A stretch of 64,000 nt of DNA from an uncultured Candidatus Rokubacteria bacterium (GCA_963747235.1 CAVVEU010000008.1:576001-640000), one strand, 5' to 3'; counted from the first letter of the stretch, positions 23,242 to 35,167 are shown. Program-made: numbers and translations. Notes: generated by a model from the sequence alone, not told the origin.

Positions 23242-24149
23242 AGATTCGCCTGGGCACGCGGGGCAGCCGCCTCGCGATGGTGCAAAGTGAAGCGGTGGCG
23301 GCGGCGCTGCGCGCCCGCGGCGCCCTGGTCGAGCTCGTGGTGATCAGGACCTCCGGGGACCGCCTCGCTCAGGTCGCGCTCGCCGACTTCGGCGGCAAGG
23401 CGCTCTTCGTGAAGGAGATCGAGGAGGCGCTGCTGGCCGGCCAGGTGGACGTCGGCGTGCACAGCCTCAAGGACATGCCCTCCGAGCTGCCGGCGGCCCT
23501 CACCCTCGGCGCGTTTCCGCTCCGCGAGGACCCGTGCGACGTCCTGCTCGGCCGCCGCGACGGAGGATGGGACGCGCTGCCCGCGGGCGCGGTGGTGGGG
23601 ACGTCGAGCCCCCGGCGCCGTGCGATGGTCCTCGCGCGCCGCCCGGATCTCCGCACCGAGCCGATCCGGGGCAACGTGGACACGCGCCTCGAGAAGCTCC
23701 GCGCCGGTGCCTACGATGCGCTCATCATGGCCGCGGCGGGGCTCAAGCGCCTGGGGCTCAGCCCGTCGCATGCCACGCCGCTCGATCCGGCCGAGTTCGT
23801 GCCGGCGGTGGGGCAAGGGGTGCTGGCTGTCGAAGCCCGCCAAGCCGACCGGGAACTGCTTGAAGTTCTGCGCGCCCTGGACGACACTCGGACGAGGCTG
23901 GCGGCCCTGGCCGAGCGGGCATTCCTGGCCCGGCTCGGTGCGGGATGCCATACGCCCGTGGCGGCCCACGCCCGCCTGGACGGCCCAACCCTGGTGCTGA
24001 CCGGGGTGGTGTCGAGCCCCGACGGGGTGACCATGCTGCGGGCCACTGCGAGCGCGCCCGCGGTGGACGGTGAACGGCTGGGCGTGACGCTGGCGGATGA
24101 TCTCTTGGCCAAGGGGGCGAAGGCGGTTCTCGATGCGAGTCGCGGGTGA
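23238..24149 (+). CDS. hemC: Hydroxymethylbilane synthase
   Basis: GTRGSRLA, VHSLKD, GTSSPRR, IRGNVDTR, GAGCHTP. Confidence 0.96.
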   Translation: MKIRLGTRGSRLAMVQSEAVAAALRARGALVELVVIRTSGDRLAQVALADFGGKALFVKEIEEALLAGQVDVGVHSLKDMPSELPAALTLGAFPLREDPCDVLLGRRDGGWDALPAGAVVGTSSPRRRAMVLARRPDLRTEPIRGNVDTRLEKLRAGAYDALIMAAAGLKRLGLSPSHATPLDPAEFVPAVGQGVLAVEARQADRELLEVLRALDDTRTRLAALAERAFLARLGAGCHTPVAAHARLDGPTLVLTGVVSSPDGVTMLRATASAPAVDGERLGVTLADDLLAKGAKAVLDASRG

Positions 24150-24156
24150 TCAAGTG

Positions 24157-24954
24157 ATGGCCGAGGCGAGGGGCGGTAAGCCCCTGTCCGGACGAGTCGT
24201 TCTGGTGACCCGAGCGCGCGAGCAGGCCGGCGTGTTCGCCGCGCTGCTCGAGGCCGCCGGGGCCCGGGTGATGCTCGTGCCGACCATCGCCATCGAGCCC
24301 CCCGATTCCTGGGCTCCGCTCGACGCCGCCCTGGCGGCGGAGCACGACTGGGTGGTGTTCACGAGCGTCAACGGCGTGGCCATGGTCCGCCGCCGTGTCG
24401 AGGCCACCGGACAGGGCCGGGCGCTGCTCGAGCGGAGCCGCCTGGCCGCCATCGGCCCCGCGACGGCCGCCGCGCTGCGCGAGTGGGGGCTGACCGCCGA
24501 GGTGGTGCCCGGCGAGTACGTCGCGGAGGGCCTCCTCGATCGGCTGCGTCCGCTGGTGGCACCGGGAGCCCGCGTCCTGCTCCCTCGCGCGGCGGAGACC
24601 CGCGACGTGCTGGTGCGCGAGCTGACCGCGCACGGGGCGCACGTCACCGAGGTGGCCGCCTACCGCACGCGCGCGGCCACCGAGCACGCGGCGGGACTGC
24701 GCGAGGCGCTCGCGGAAGGCCGGGTGGACGTGGTGACCTTCACCAGCTCCTCCACGGTGCGGAGCTTCTGCGCGCTCTTCGACCCGGCCGACTTGCCGGG
24801 GCTCCTCCGGGGCGTGACCGTCGCCTGCATCGGCCCCATCACGCGGGCCACCGCGGAGGGCTGCGGGCTCGCCACCCAGATCGTCCCCGACGACTACACG
24901 ATCCCGGCCCTGGCCCGCGCCATCGTGACCCACTTCGAGCCCGCAAGGAGCTAG
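24157..24954 (+). CDS. hemD: Uroporphyrinogen-III synthase
   Basis: VLVTRAREQA, FTSVNGV, FTSSSTV, CIGPIT. Confidence 0.92.
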   Translation: MAEARGGKPLSGRVVLVTRAREQAGVFAALLEAAGARVMLVPTIAIEPPDSWAPLDAALAAEHDWVVFTSVNGVAMVRRRVEATGQGRALLERSRLAAIGPATAAALREWGLTAEVVPGEYVAEGLLDRLRPLVAPGARVLLPRAAETRDVLVRELTAHGAHVTEVAAYRTRAATEHAAGLREALAEGRVDVVTFTSSSTVRSFCALFDPADLPGLLRGVTVACIGPITRATAEGCGLATQIVPDDYTIPALARAIVTHFEPARS

Positions 24955-24957
24955 CGC

Positions 24958-25941
24958 ATGCCGTTCCCCGTCTATCGTCCCCGCCGGCTTCGAGAGTCGC
25001 CCTTGATGCGCGCCATGGTGCGCGAGACCTCGCTGCGCATCGACGACTTCGTCTATCCGCTCTTCGCGGTCCACGGCCGCGGGGTGCGCGAGCCGATCGC
25101 TTCCATGCCCGGGCAGTACCGGCTCTCGATCGACGAGCTGCTCAAGGAGTGCAAGGACGCCGCGTCCATGGGCATCCCGGCGGTGCTCCTCTTCGGGCTG
25201 CCGCGCGACAAGGACCCGCGCGGCACCGAGGCCTACGCGGAGGACGGGATCATCCAGCAGGCGGTCCGGGCGGTGAAGGACACGATCCCGGACCTGCTCG
25301 TGATCACCGACGTGTGCCTCTGCGAGTACACGAGCCACGGGCACTGCGGGGTGGTGGAGGACGGCCGGATCAAGAACGATCCCACCCTCGAGCTGATCGC
25401 GCGCACCGCGGTCTCCCACGCGGAGGCCGGCGCGGACCTGATCGCGCCGTCGGACATGATGGACGGCCGGGTCGCCGCGATCCGGGAGGGGCTCGACGAG
25501 TCGGGCTTCCCGGAGACGCCGATCATGGCCTACTCCGCCAAGTACGCCTCCGCGTTCTACGGCCCCTTCCGCGAGGCGGCGGACTCCACCCCGCAGTTCG
25601 GCGACCGGCGCTCCTACCAGATGGATCCCGCCAACGCGATGGAGGCGATGCGGGAGGTCGCGCTCGACGTGGACGAGGGCGCCGACATCGTGATGGTGAA
25701 GCCCGCGCTGCCCTACCTCGACGTGATCGCGCGCGTGAAGGGCGAGTTCGGGCTCCCGGTGGCCGCCTACTCGGTCTCGGGCGAGTACGCGATGCTCAAG
25801 GCGGCCGGCCAGCTCGGCTGGCTCGACGAGGACCGCGCGGTGCTGGAGGCCCTGACCGGCATCCGGCGCGCCGGGGCCGACATCATCATCACCTACTTCG
25901 CGAAGGACGCCGCCCGGCTCATCGAGCAGGGCCGCGCGTGA
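24958..25941 (+). CDS. hemB: Porphobilinogen synthase
   Basis: [29 protein letters not shown]. Confidence 0.97.
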   Translation: MPFPVYRPRRLRESPLMRAMVRETSLRIDDFVYPLFAVHGRGVREPIASMPGQYRLSIDELLKECKDAASMGIPAVLLFGLPRDKDPRGTEAYAEDGIIQQAVRAVKDTIPDLLVITDVCLCEYTSHGHCGVVEDGRIKNDPTLELIARTAVSHAEAGADLIAPSDMMDGRVAAIREGLDESGFPETPIMAYSAKYASAFYGPFREAADSTPQFGDRRSYQMDPANAMEAMREVALDVDEGADIVMVKPALPYLDVIARVKGEFGLPVAAYSVSGEYAMLKAAGQLGWLDEDRAVLEALTGIRRAGADIIITYFAKDAARLIEQGRA

Positions 25942-26375
25942 GGATCTCGGCCAAGGGCGAGTACGCCATCAAGGCGATGGTGGATCTCGCCCTGCACGAC
26001 GGCCAGGATCTGCAGCCCATCCAGGACGTCGCGTCCCGCCAGGGCATCCCGCAGCGCTATCTGGAGCAGGTCCTGCTCCAGCTCAAGCGCTCCGGATTCC
26101 TGTACGCGCGGCGCGGGTCGGCGGGTGGCTACCGGCTGAGCCGGCCCGCGGACCAGGTCACGGTGGGTGCGCTCCTGCGGGCGGTGGAGGGCCCGTCCGC
26201 CGCGCCCGATTCGCCGCGACGGGGCGGCCGCGGGGAGGACGTGGCGGGCCTGCACGAGCTGTGGCAGGAGATCGAGGACGCGGTCGCGTCCGTGGTGGAT
26301 CGCACCACGCTCGACGATCTGCGCCGGCGCGCCCTCGACCGGCGGCGCTCCACGCGCCCGATGTACCACATCTAG
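25938..26375 (+). CDS. Rrf2-family regulator (CymR-like, lacks Fe-S cysteines)
   Basis: [20 protein letters not shown]; upstream of cysK. Confidence 0.9.
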   Translation: MRISAKGEYAIKAMVDLALHDGQDLQPIQDVASRQGIPQRYLEQVLLQLKRSGFLYARRGSAGGYRLSRPADQVTVGALLRAVEGPSAAPDSPRRGGRGEDVAGLHELWQEIEDAVASVVDRTTLDDLRRRALDRRRSTRPMYHI

Positions 26376-26399
26376 TTCGCTTGGCCAGGCGCAGCCGCG

Positions 26400-26435
26400 G
26401 CAGGGCGAGGCGAGCCGGAGGCGAGCGGAGCGAAT
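26400..26435 (+). repeat. Dispersed repeat copy A (intergenic)
   Basis: GCAGGGCGAGGCG-AGCCGGAGGCGAGCGGAGCGAAT matches the copies at 29485 and 40527. Confidence 0.75.
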
Positions 26436-26471
26436 GGAACGATCGAGCCGAACGGATATGAGGATGGGATC

Positions 26472-27417
26472 ATGACGACCAAGCGAGCGACCGCGCCGTC
26501 GCGGCCGAAGATGGCGGGCTCGGTGCTGGAGCTGGTGGGCGGCACGCCGCTGGTGCGCCTCAATCGCATCCCGAAGGCGGGCGGCGCCATGCGTGCTGGC
26601 CAAGCTCGAATCGCTCAACCCGGGCGGGAGCGTCAAGGACCGCATCGCGCTCGCCATGGTCGAGGACGCCGAGCGCCGTGGGGTGCTCAAGGCGGGCGCG
26701 ACCCTGGTGGAGCCCACCAGCGGCAATACCGGCATCGGGCTCGCGATGGTGTGCGCGGTGCGGGGCTACCGCCTGATCCTCACGATGCCCGACGACATGA
26801 GCGCGGAGCGGCAGCGCCTGCTCGCCCGCTACGGCGCCGAGATCCACCTGACCCCGGCCATCGAGGGCATGACCGGCGCCGTCTTCGCGGCCCAGGAGAT
26901 CTGCCGCGAGCATCCCGAGTACTACATGCCGATGCAGTTCGAGAATCCCGCGAACCCCGAGGCGCATCGCCGCACCACCGCGCTGGAGATCCTGGACGCC
27001 ACCGAGGACCGCCTGGACGTCTTCGTCGCGGCGGTCGGCACCGGCGGCACCGTGACCGGGGTGGGCGAGATCCTGAAGGAGCGGCTGCCCGGGGTGCGCG
27101 TGATCGGAGTGGAGCCGGCGCGGTCGCCCGTGCTCTCCGGCGGGCGCTTTCGGCCCCACGGCATCCAGGGGATCGGCGCCTCGTTCGTGCCGGGGGTCCT
27201 GAATCGTTCCGTGCTCGACGACATCATACAGGTGCGCGACGAGGACGCGACGACCATGGCCCGTCGGCTCGCCCGCGAGGAGGGCCTGCTCGTGGGCATC
27301 TCGTCCGGGGCCAACGTGTTCGCCGCCTGCCAGGTCGCGGAGACGCTGCCCGCCGACCAGGTGGTGGTCACGGTGCTGTGCGATACTGGCGAGCGTTATC
27401 TGAGCGTCACCTTCTAG
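26472..27417 (+). CDS. cysK: Cysteine synthase (frameshift near 26592)
   Basis: VGGTPLV, NPGGSVKDR, EPTSGNTG, GTGGT, HGIQGIG, CDTGERY. Confidence 0.92.
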
Positions 27418-27427
27418 GAGAGCGGCC

Positions 27428-28204
27428 ATGAGTGTCCAGGTTTACATCCCGACGCCGTTCCGCCGCGCGACCAAGAACATCGACCGGGTCGCCGTCGAGG
27501 CGCCCGACGTGAAGGGCATGCTCGACGAGCTGGAGGATCAGTTCGGCGGCCTGAAGGGCCTGGTCCGCAACGACCAGGGCGAGGTGCACCATCACGTGAA
27601 CATCTACGTGAACAACGAGGCCATCGAGGCGCTGCAGGGGCTCGAGACCACGCTCAAGGACGGCGACGAGGTCTCGATTATCCCTGCCCTGGCGGGCGGC
27701 GGGCCGGCCCTGGCGCGGGCGGCCGAGGGTGATCGCGGCGGGATGATCCTGACCCCCGAGGAGCTCGCCCGCGTGCGCGCGCAGGCCGAGACCGAGTATC
27801 CCGCGGAATGCTGCGGTGTGCTGCTGGCCCGCTCGGCGCCCGCGTCCGATCGGGCGCTCATGCCCTGCCGCAACATCCAGGACGAGCTCCACGCGCAGGA
27901 CCCCGCGCGGCATCCGCGCGATTCGCGGACCGCCTACTTCATCGACCCGAAGGATCTGCTCGCCATCGGGCGGCGCGAGTCGCAGGGCTACCGGGTGGCC
28001 ACCATCTATCACTCCCACGTGGACACCGGCGCGTACTTCTCGCCGACCGACCGGCAGAACGCCCTCATCAACGGTGAGCCGTCCTATCCCGACGCGGTCT
28101 ACGTGGTGCTCTCGGTGCTCGCGGGGCGTGTCGCCGACGCGGCCGCGTTCGTCTGGGATGTCTCCGCTCGCGATTTCGTCCCCACCGACTTCCCGAAGCC
28201 CTGA
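27428..28204 (+). CDS. MoaD/ThiS/CysO-like sulfur carrier read in frame with a JAMM/Mov34 (Mec-like) peptidase (second ATG at 27743)
   Basis: IPTPFR...[14 protein letters not shown], linker, then YPAECCG...YHSHVD...FSPTD JAMM motif. Confidence 0.85.
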   Translation: MSVQVYIPTPFRRATKNIDRVAVEAPDVKGMLDELEDQFGGLKGLVRNDQGEVHHHVNIYVNNEAIEALQGLETTLKDGDEVSIIPALAGGGPALARAAEGDRGGMILTPEELARVRAQAETEYPAECCGVLLARSAPASDRALMPCRNIQDELHAQDPARHPRDSRTAYFIDPKDLLAIGRRESQGYRVATIYHSHVDTGAYFSPTDRQNALINGEPSYPDAVYVVLSVLAGRVADAAAFVWDVSARDFVPTDFPKP

Positions 28205-28212
28205 CCGACCCC

Positions 28213-29751
28213 GTGCCCGACTCCGACGCTCTGTTCAAGGCCGCGCAGCGCCTGATGCCGGGCGGCGTCAACAGCCCGGTGCGCGCCTTCCGCGGCGTGG
28301 GCGGCACGCCCTTCTTCGTGGCGCGCGCCGAGGGCGCGCGGCTCGTGGACGTGGACGGCCGGTCGTACGTGGACTTCCTGGGCTCGTGGGGCCCGCTGAT
28401 CCTGGGGCACGCGGCGGCGCCGGTGGTCGAGGCGGTGAGCGAAGCCGTCCGGCGCGGCACCAGCTACGGCGCCCCCACCGCGGGCGAGGTGGAGATGGCC
28501 GAGCTGATCCAGCGCGCGGTGCCCTCGATGGAGATGATGCGGCTCGTCTCCTCCGGCACCGAGGCGGCCATGAGCGCGCTGCGCGTGGCCCGGGGCGCCA
28601 CCGGCCGCGACTTCATCCTCAAGTTCGAGGGCTGCTACCACGGCCACGCCGACAGCCTCCTCGTCAAGGCGGGCTCGGGCGGCGCGACGTTCGGGGTGCC
28701 CGACAGCCTGGGCGTGCCGCCCGCGCTCGCGGCGCTGACCCTCACGGTGCCGTTCAACGACCTGGACGCGGTCCGGCGGCAGCTCGAGGCGCATCCGGAC
28801 CAGGTCGCGGCGGTGATCGTGGAGCCGGTGGCGGGCAACATGGGCGTGGTGCCGCCCGCGCCGGGTTTCCTCGCCGGGCTGCGCGACCTCGCCACGCGCC
28901 ACGGCGCGCTCCTGATCTTCGACGAGGTCATCACCGGGTTCCGCGTGGGCTGGGGTGGGGCCCAGGCCCTCTACGGGGTGCGCCCGGATCTCACGTGCCT
29001 CGGCAAGATCATCGGCGGCGGGCTCCCGGTCGGCGCGTACGGCGGATCGCGCGCGGTGATGGAGCGCGTCTCGCCGCTGGGCGGCGTCTACCAGGCGGGC
29101 ACGCTGTCCGGCAATCCGCTCGCGGTGGCCGCGGGCCTGGCCACGCTCCGCGCGCTGGAGCGGCCGGGCGTCTACGAGCGGCTCGAGGCGCTGGGCGCTC
29201 GCGTCGAGCGCGACGTGGCCGACGCCGCCCGCGCGGCGGGCGTCCCGGTGCGGATCAACCGGGTGGGGTCGATGCTCACCGTGTTCTTCACGGACGGCCC
29301 CGTGACCGACTACGCCTCGGCGAAGCGGGCGGATACCGCGCGCTATGCGCGGTACTTCCACGCGATGCGGGAGGGGGGCGTGTTCCTCGCGCCCTCGCAG
29401 TTCGAGGCCGCGTTCGTGTCCCTGGCGCACGGGGAGGAGGACCTCGCGGCGGCCGCGCGGGCTTGCCGGGGGGCGATGGAGGCTGCAGGGCGAGGCGCAG
29501 CCGAAGGCGAGCCGAGCGGATACAGAAAAGAAGCTAAGGGTCGGCAGCCCACGGCGGCCGCCCCGTCCTGGATCGCGGCAAGCTGCCCCGCTTTTCGCCA
29601 ACCGGTTATTGACACCCGGATTTTCCACGTGATAGGGTTCACAAGGCTGGAGCCCGGAAACACGTTTCTTGCCCCGGTCTTCATCCTCAGCACGCCTCGT
29701 CGAAGGAGTCTGTTCACCCGGCTGCGCCGAGCAGGGCGGAGGAGTGGATGA
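28213..29751 (+). CDS. hemL: Glutamate-1-semialdehyde 2,1-aminomutase (homology ends near 29485; ORF extends through a repeat)
   Basis: [49 protein letters not shown]. Confidence 0.93.
   Translation: MPDSDALFKAAQRLMPGGVNSPVRAFRGVGGTPFFVARAEGARLVDVDGRSYVDFLGSWGPLILGHAAAPVVEAVSEAVRRGTSYGAPTAGEVEMAELIQRAVPSMEMMRLVSSGTEAAMSALRVARGATGRDFILKFEGCYHGHADSLLVKAGSGGATFGVPDSLGVPPALAALTLTVPFNDLDAVRRQLEAHPDQVAAVIVEPVAGNMGVVPPAPGFLAGLRDLATRHGALLIFDEVITGFRVGWGGAQALYGVRPDLTCLGKIIGGGLPVGAYGGSRAVMERVSPLGGVYQAGTLSGNPLAVAAGLATLRALERPGVYERLEALGARVERDVADAARAAGVPVRINRVGSMLTVFFTDGPVTDYASAKRADTARYARYFHAMREGGVFLAPSQFEAAFVSLAHGEEDLAAAARACRGAMEAAGRGAAEGEPSGYRKEAKGRQPTAAAPSWIAASCPAFRQPVIDTRIFHVIGFTRLEPGNTFLAPVFILSTPRRRSLFTRLRRAGRRSG
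29485..29539 (+). repeat. Dispersed repeat copy B (in the hemL 3' end)
   Basis: GCAGGGCGAGGCGCAGCCGAAGGCGAGCCGAGCGGATACAGAAAAGAAGCTAAGG. Confidence 0.8.
29609..29638 (+). promoter_or_regulatory. Probable promoter of the act operon
   Basis: TTGACA(29609-29614)-18 bp-TAGGGT with extended -10 TG. Confidence 0.55.
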
Positions 29752-32700
29752 GCGGGATGGATCGCCGGTCGTTCTTCAAGATCGTGGCCACCACGGGCGC
29801 CGCGGCGGCCGCCGGGGGCTGCGGACAGTCGGCCGAGCAGCTCATCCCGTACGTCATTCCGCCGGACAACATCGTCCCCGGCGTTCCCGCCTACTTCGCG
29901 AGCGTGTGCCGTGAGTGCCCGTCGGGCTGCGGCGTCATCGCCAAGAACCGCGACGGCCGCGTCATCAAGCTCGAGGGCAATCCGGATCACCCGTCCAATA
30001 CCGGCGCGCTCTGCGTGCTGGGGCACGCGGGCCTGCAGGCCCTCTACCATCCGGATCGCTTCCGCGGCCCGCTGAGCGGGGGCAAGCCCGTCGCGTGGGC
30101 CGACGCGGAGAAGCAGGTCGCGGACAAGCTGGGCGCGCTCGCGAAGGGCAAGCAGGGCGCGCGCATCGCGGTGGTGAGCGGGCTCGAGACCGGCAGCCTC
30201 GCCCGCCTCATGGACGAATGGGTGCGACTCCTCGGCGCGCGCACGCGCATCGCCTACGAGCCGCTCGGCTACGAGTCCCTGCGCGCCTCGAACCGGATCG
30301 CCTTCGGCCGCGACGCGATCCCCGATTACGCGATCGGCGAGGCCACCTACCTGGTCTCCTTCGGCGCGGACTTCCTCGAGACGTGGCTCAACAGCGAGGG
30401 GTACACCGCCGACTTCGCGCGGATGCACGCCTTCTTCCAGGGCAAGCAGGGCACGTTCGTGCACGTCGAGCCGCGCATGTCGCTGACCGCGGCCAACGCG
30501 GACGAGTGGCTGCGCAACGCGCCCGGCACCGAGGGCGCGCTGGCGCTGGCGATGCTCAAGGTGATCGTGGACGAGGGCCTGCAGGCGCCGGGCGCCGATC
30601 TCACCACGCTGCGCGCGGCGGTCCGCGCCGCCGACGTGGAGGCGGCCGCGACGGCCTCCGGCGTCCCCGCGGAGACGATCAAGCACGTCGCGCGCGATCT
30701 CGCCAAGGCGAAGGCCGGCCTCGTGCTGGGCGGCGGCATGGCCGCGACCTCGACGGCGTCCACCGACGCGCTCGTGGCGGTCAACCTGCTCAACGCGGCG
30801 ATCGGCGCGGTGGGCACCCGCGTGCGCTTCGGCTCCGCGTCGCCCTTCAGCCGGGTGAGCCCGTACTCGGACATGGTGGCGCTGACCCAGGCGATGGCGG
30901 CCGGACAGATCGAGGTGCTGGTGCTGGTGGACGTCAATCCGGTGTACGCGATGCCGCCCAAGTCGGGCTTCGCGGAGGCCCTGGCCAAGGTCCCGCTCGT
31001 CGTCTCGCTCGCGAGCCGGCCCAACGAGACCACCGCGCGGGCGCACCTGGTGCTGCCGACGCTGCACGCGCTCGAGTCCTGGGGCGACTACGCCTCCGAG
31101 GAGGGCGTGCTCGGGCTCATGCAGCCCACGATGGGCCCCGTGCAGATCGACGGCAAGGCGGTGGACGGCAAGGCCACCGGCGACGTGTTCCTCCACGTCG
31201 GCCGGCAGGCGCTGGGGCTCGAGGCCGGGAAGGGCCCGCTCCGGTGGGCCAGCTTCCAGGACTTCATCCGGGAGGAGTGGCAGAAGACCGCGAAGGACCT
31301 ACGGCAGCACCGGGCCGTTCACGGATTTCTGGGAAGCGGCCCTCCGGCGCGGCGGTGTGTGGCGCGCCGGCGCGGCCCCGGCGGTCTCGCTTCGTCCCGA
31401 GGCCGGCCGCATCCAGGCCGCCGCGCCGAAGCTCGAGGGCACCGGCTCGCACGCGCTGATGATCTATCCCTCGAGCCGCTTCTACGACGGCCGGGGCGGC
31501 GACCTGCCGTGGCTGCACGAGGTGCCGGACGGGATCACCCAGGTCGCGTGGGACTCGTGGCTCGAGATCCCGGCCGAGACCGCCAAGCAGATGGGAGTCG
31601 CGCGCGGCGATCTGGTCAAGGTGACCTCTCCGCACGGCGCGATCGAGCTGCCCGCCTACCCGACCGAGCTCGTCCACGCCGGCGTGGTGGCGGTGGCGAT
31701 GGGGCAGGGGCACAAGTACCCGGGCGCCTTCGCGCAGCAGGGCAACGCCGCGACCGGCACCCAGAGCCAGGCCAACTACCTGAACGTGGGCGTCAACCCG
31801 ATCGAGCTGCTGCCCGCCGCGCCGGACCCGGCCTCGGGCGGGCTCCCGCTGCTCGCGGTGAAGGTCTCGCTCGCCAAGACCGGCGGCCGGCGGCCGCTCG
31901 CCATCCCGCAGGCCCAGTTCGACCAGGACGATCGCGAGATCGCCCAGTGGGTGCAGCTCGGCGCCGCGCGCGAGCTCGAGCTGCGCGGCAAGCCGCCCGA
32001 GCACGCCGATCACCCCCGCATGTACCCGCCGGTGAAGTATCCGGAGTACCGCTGGGGCATGACGGTGGACGTGGATCGCTGCACCGGCTGCCAGGCCTGC
32101 GTGGTCGCCTGCCAGAGCGAGAACAACGTGCCGACGGTCGGGAAGGCCCAGGTCGCCTACGGGCGCATCCAGCACTGGCTGCGGGTGGAGCGCTGGCAGG
32201 AGGGCACGTCCGCCAAGCCGGTCAACATGTTCCTGCCCATGTTCTGCCAGCACTGCGAGATCGCGCCGTGCGAGCCGGTGTGCCCGGTCTACGCCGCCTA
32301 CCACACGCGCGAGGGTCTCAACGGGCAGGTCTACAACCGCTGCGTGGGCACGCGCTACTGCGGCAACAACTGCCCCTACCACGTGCGGAAGTTCAACTGG
32401 TTCAACTACACGTGGACCGCGCCGCTGGACGTGCAGCTCAACCCGGACGTCACGGTGCGGCAGCTCGGCGTGATGGAGAAGTGCACCATGTGCGTGCAGC
32501 GGATCGAGGGCGCCAAGAGCGCGGCGCGCGAGGCGGGCCGCTCGGTGCGCGACGGCGACATGCAGACCGCGTGTCAGCAGACCTGCCCGACCCAGGCCAT
32601 CACCTTCGGGAACCGGAAGGACGGCGAGTCGCTCGTGTCCAAGCTGTCGCACTCGGCCCGGAGCTACCACGTGCTCCACGAGCTGGGCACGCTCCCGGGC

Positions 32701-32766
32701 GTGAGCTACCTGAAGAAGGTCGTCCGCGCCGAGCCGGCGGGCGGACACGGGAAGGCGGGCCACTAG
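29748..32766 (+). CDS. actB: Alternative complex III ActB-like subunit (molybdopterin-oxidoreductase fold plus Fe-S domain; frameshift near 31297)
   Basis: Tat RRSFFK plus lipobox [55 protein letters not shown]. Confidence 0.88.
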
Positions 32767-32767
32767 G

Positions 32768-34134
32768 ATGAGCGCGCCTCCCGCGCAGGGCGCGACCGCG
32801 CCCGCCCAGGCCACCTGGGCCGACGTCAACCGCGACGTCATCCGCACCATCGGCATGCCGGGCGACAAGTACTTCGCCTGGCTCTGCCTGGTGGTCCTGG
32901 TCCTCTGCCGCGGGCTTCGGCGCGTGGACCTAGCAGATCTGGGTCGGCATCGGGGCGGCGGGCAAGCGCACGCCCGCTGATGTGGGCGATGTACATCACC
33001 ACCTTCGTGTTCTGGATCGGTATCGGTCACGCGGGGACCCTGATCTCCGCGGTCCTCTACCTGTTCCGGGCGAAGTGGCGGACCTCGATCTACCGCGGGG
33101 CGGAGGCGATGACCGTGTTCGCGGTCATGACCGCCGGCCTCTTCCCGCTGATCCACGCCGGCCGCATGTGGTTCGCCTACTGGCTCATGCCGTATCCCAA
33201 CCAGCGCTACCTCTGGCCCAACTTCAAGTCGCCGCTGGTGTGGGACGTGTTCGCGATCTCGACCTACCTGACCATCAGCGTGGTCTTCTTCATCGTGGGC
33301 CTGGTGCCGGACATCGCGGCCCTGCGCGACAACGCGACCGGCTACAAGCGGAAGATCTACGCGGTGCTCTCGCTCGGGTGGGAGGGCTCGGACCACCAGT
33401 GGCGCCACTACCGCCGGGGCTACGGCCTCCTCGCCGCGCTCGCGACCCCGCTGGTGCTCTCGGTGCACAGCGTGGTGTCCTTCGACTTCGCGATGGCCCT
33501 GGTGCCCGGCTGGCACTCCACGCTGTTCCCCCCGTTCTTCGTGGACGGGGCCATCTTCTCCGGCTTCGCGATGGTGCTGGTGCTGATCCTGCCGATGCGC
33601 TACCTGTTCAACTGGTACCCCTACATCACCGACAAGCACCTGGACGCGATGGCCAAGCTGATCCTCGTGACCAGCCTGGTGCTGACCTACTTCTACGTCT
33701 GCGAGGTCTTCACCGCGTGGTACTCGGGCGACCACTTCGAGCGGGCCAGCGTGTTCGCCAAGGCGAGCAAGCAGTACGCGTGGGCCTACTGGGGCATGTA
33801 CTTCTGCAACTGCCTGGTGCCCCTCGTGCTGTTCATCCGCCGGGCCCGCACCCACGTGGTGACGCTCTACGTGGTCTCGATCTTGGTGCTGATCGGGATG
33901 TGGCTCGAGCGCTTCAACATCATCGTGCCCGGCCTCGCCCACGACTTCTACCCCTACACCTGGGGCACGTACTACCCGACGATCACGGACTCCGCGATCG
34001 TCATCGGCTCCTTCGCCTGGTTCTTCCTGCTCTTCCTGGGCTTCATCCGCGTGATGCCGTCGCTGTCGATCGTGGAGGTCAAGGAAGTGCTGCCCCATCC
34101 CCTGAAGCACGCCGGCCACGGGGGGCACCACTGA
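32768..34134 (+). CDS. actC: ACIII quinol-binding NrfD-type subunit ActC (5' part with two frameshifts and a TAG at 32931)
   Basis: FVFWIGIGHAGTLISA, NFKSPLVWDVFAISTY, PLVLSVHSVVSFDFA, GMWLERF. Confidence 0.9.
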
Positions 34135-34664
34135 TGACGCCGACGGGTATGACGACGACGGGCACCGCCAACGTGCTGGGCGTCTTCGCCCACGTGGACA
34201 CCACGCTGCAGGCCATCCGCGATCTGCGCGCCAAGGGCTTCTCGAACCTCACCGTCTACACCCCGGTGCCGGTCGAGGAGATCGAGCACGAGATCGACAA
34301 GGTGGAGCCGCTGTCGAAGGTGCGCCTCTTCACCGTGATCGGGGCCCTGACCGGGACCGCGACCGGCTTCTTCCTCACGATCTGGACGTCGCTCAAGTGG
34401 GAGCTGGTGACGGGCGGCAAGGCCCCGGTGTCCATCCCGCCCTTCGTCATCATCGCGTTCGAGCTGACCATCCTGCTCGGCGGCCTCGCCACCGCGCTGG
34501 CGGTGCTGATCCTGGCCCAGCTCCCGAAGCTCAAGCCGTCGCCCACCTACGACCCGCGCTTCAGCGTGGACCGCTTCGGGGTCGCGGTGGCCTGTGCCCC
34601 CGACAAGGTCGACTCGGTGCAGTCGATGCTGTCGGCCGCGGGCGCTGAAGAGGTGCGGCGATGA
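34134..34664 (+). CDS. actD: ACIII subunit ActD (DUF3341)
   Basis: VYTPVP, GGKAPVSIPPFVIIAFELTIL, YDPRFSVDRF. Confidence 0.88.
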   Translation: MTPTGMTTTGTANVLGVFAHVDTTLQAIRDLRAKGFSNLTVYTPVPVEEIEHEIDKVEPLSKVRLFTVIGALTGTATGFFLTIWTSLKWELVTGGKAPVSIPPFVIIAFELTILLGGLATALAVLILAQLPKLKPSPTYDPRFSVDRFGVAVACAPDKVDSVQSMLSAAGAEEVRR

Positions 34665-35167
34665 TGAAGTACGTCTTCCTCCTCACGCTCCTGCTGTTCG
34701 GGGCGGTGGGCGCCGCGCTCGGCGGGGCGGCCGGCTTCCGGTGGATGAACAACATGACCGCCACCCAGCGCGTGATGCCGGGGGAGTACAACTTCTCGAT
34801 GCCCACGGGCAGCCTGCCGCGGAGCGGCGGGGAGCTCTACCATTCGCCCGCGGAGCGGGACGCCGCGGCGGCCCGCCGCAATCCGGTCGCCGCGTCGACG
34901 GATTCGCTGCGGAAGGGCGGCGAGCTCTTCACGATCTACTGCACCCCGTGCCACGGGGCGTCCGGGCGGGGCGACGGGCCGGTCTCGACCAAGTTCGTGC
35001 CCCCGGCCGACCTGACCAATCCCGAGCTGCACAAGGTGCGGACCGACGGCTACTGGCAGAGCTATCTCTCGGCGGGCGGGGCGGTGATGCCGTCCTACGC
35101 GGAGGCGCTCTCCTCCGAAGAGCGGTGGCACGTGGTGAACTACCTCCGGACCCTGGCCAAGAAATGA
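34661..35167 (+). CDS. actE: Monoheme cytochrome c, ACIII ActE
   Basis: YCTPCHG heme motif, MPSY, ERWHVVNYLR. Confidence 0.85.
   Translation: MMKYVFLLTLLLFGAVGAALGGAAGFRWMNNMTATQRVMPGEYNFSMPTGSLPRSGGELYHSPAERDAAAARRNPVAASTDSLRKGGELFTIYCTPCHGASGRGDGPVSTKFVPPADLTNPELHKVRTDGYWQSYLSAGGAVMPSYAEALSSEERWHVVNYLRTLAKK

Noticed and set aside
32931-32933. Pyrrolysine recoding of the actC TAG
   Set aside because: No pyl genes in the window, TAG is used as a normal stop elsewhere, and the site is flanked by indel errors
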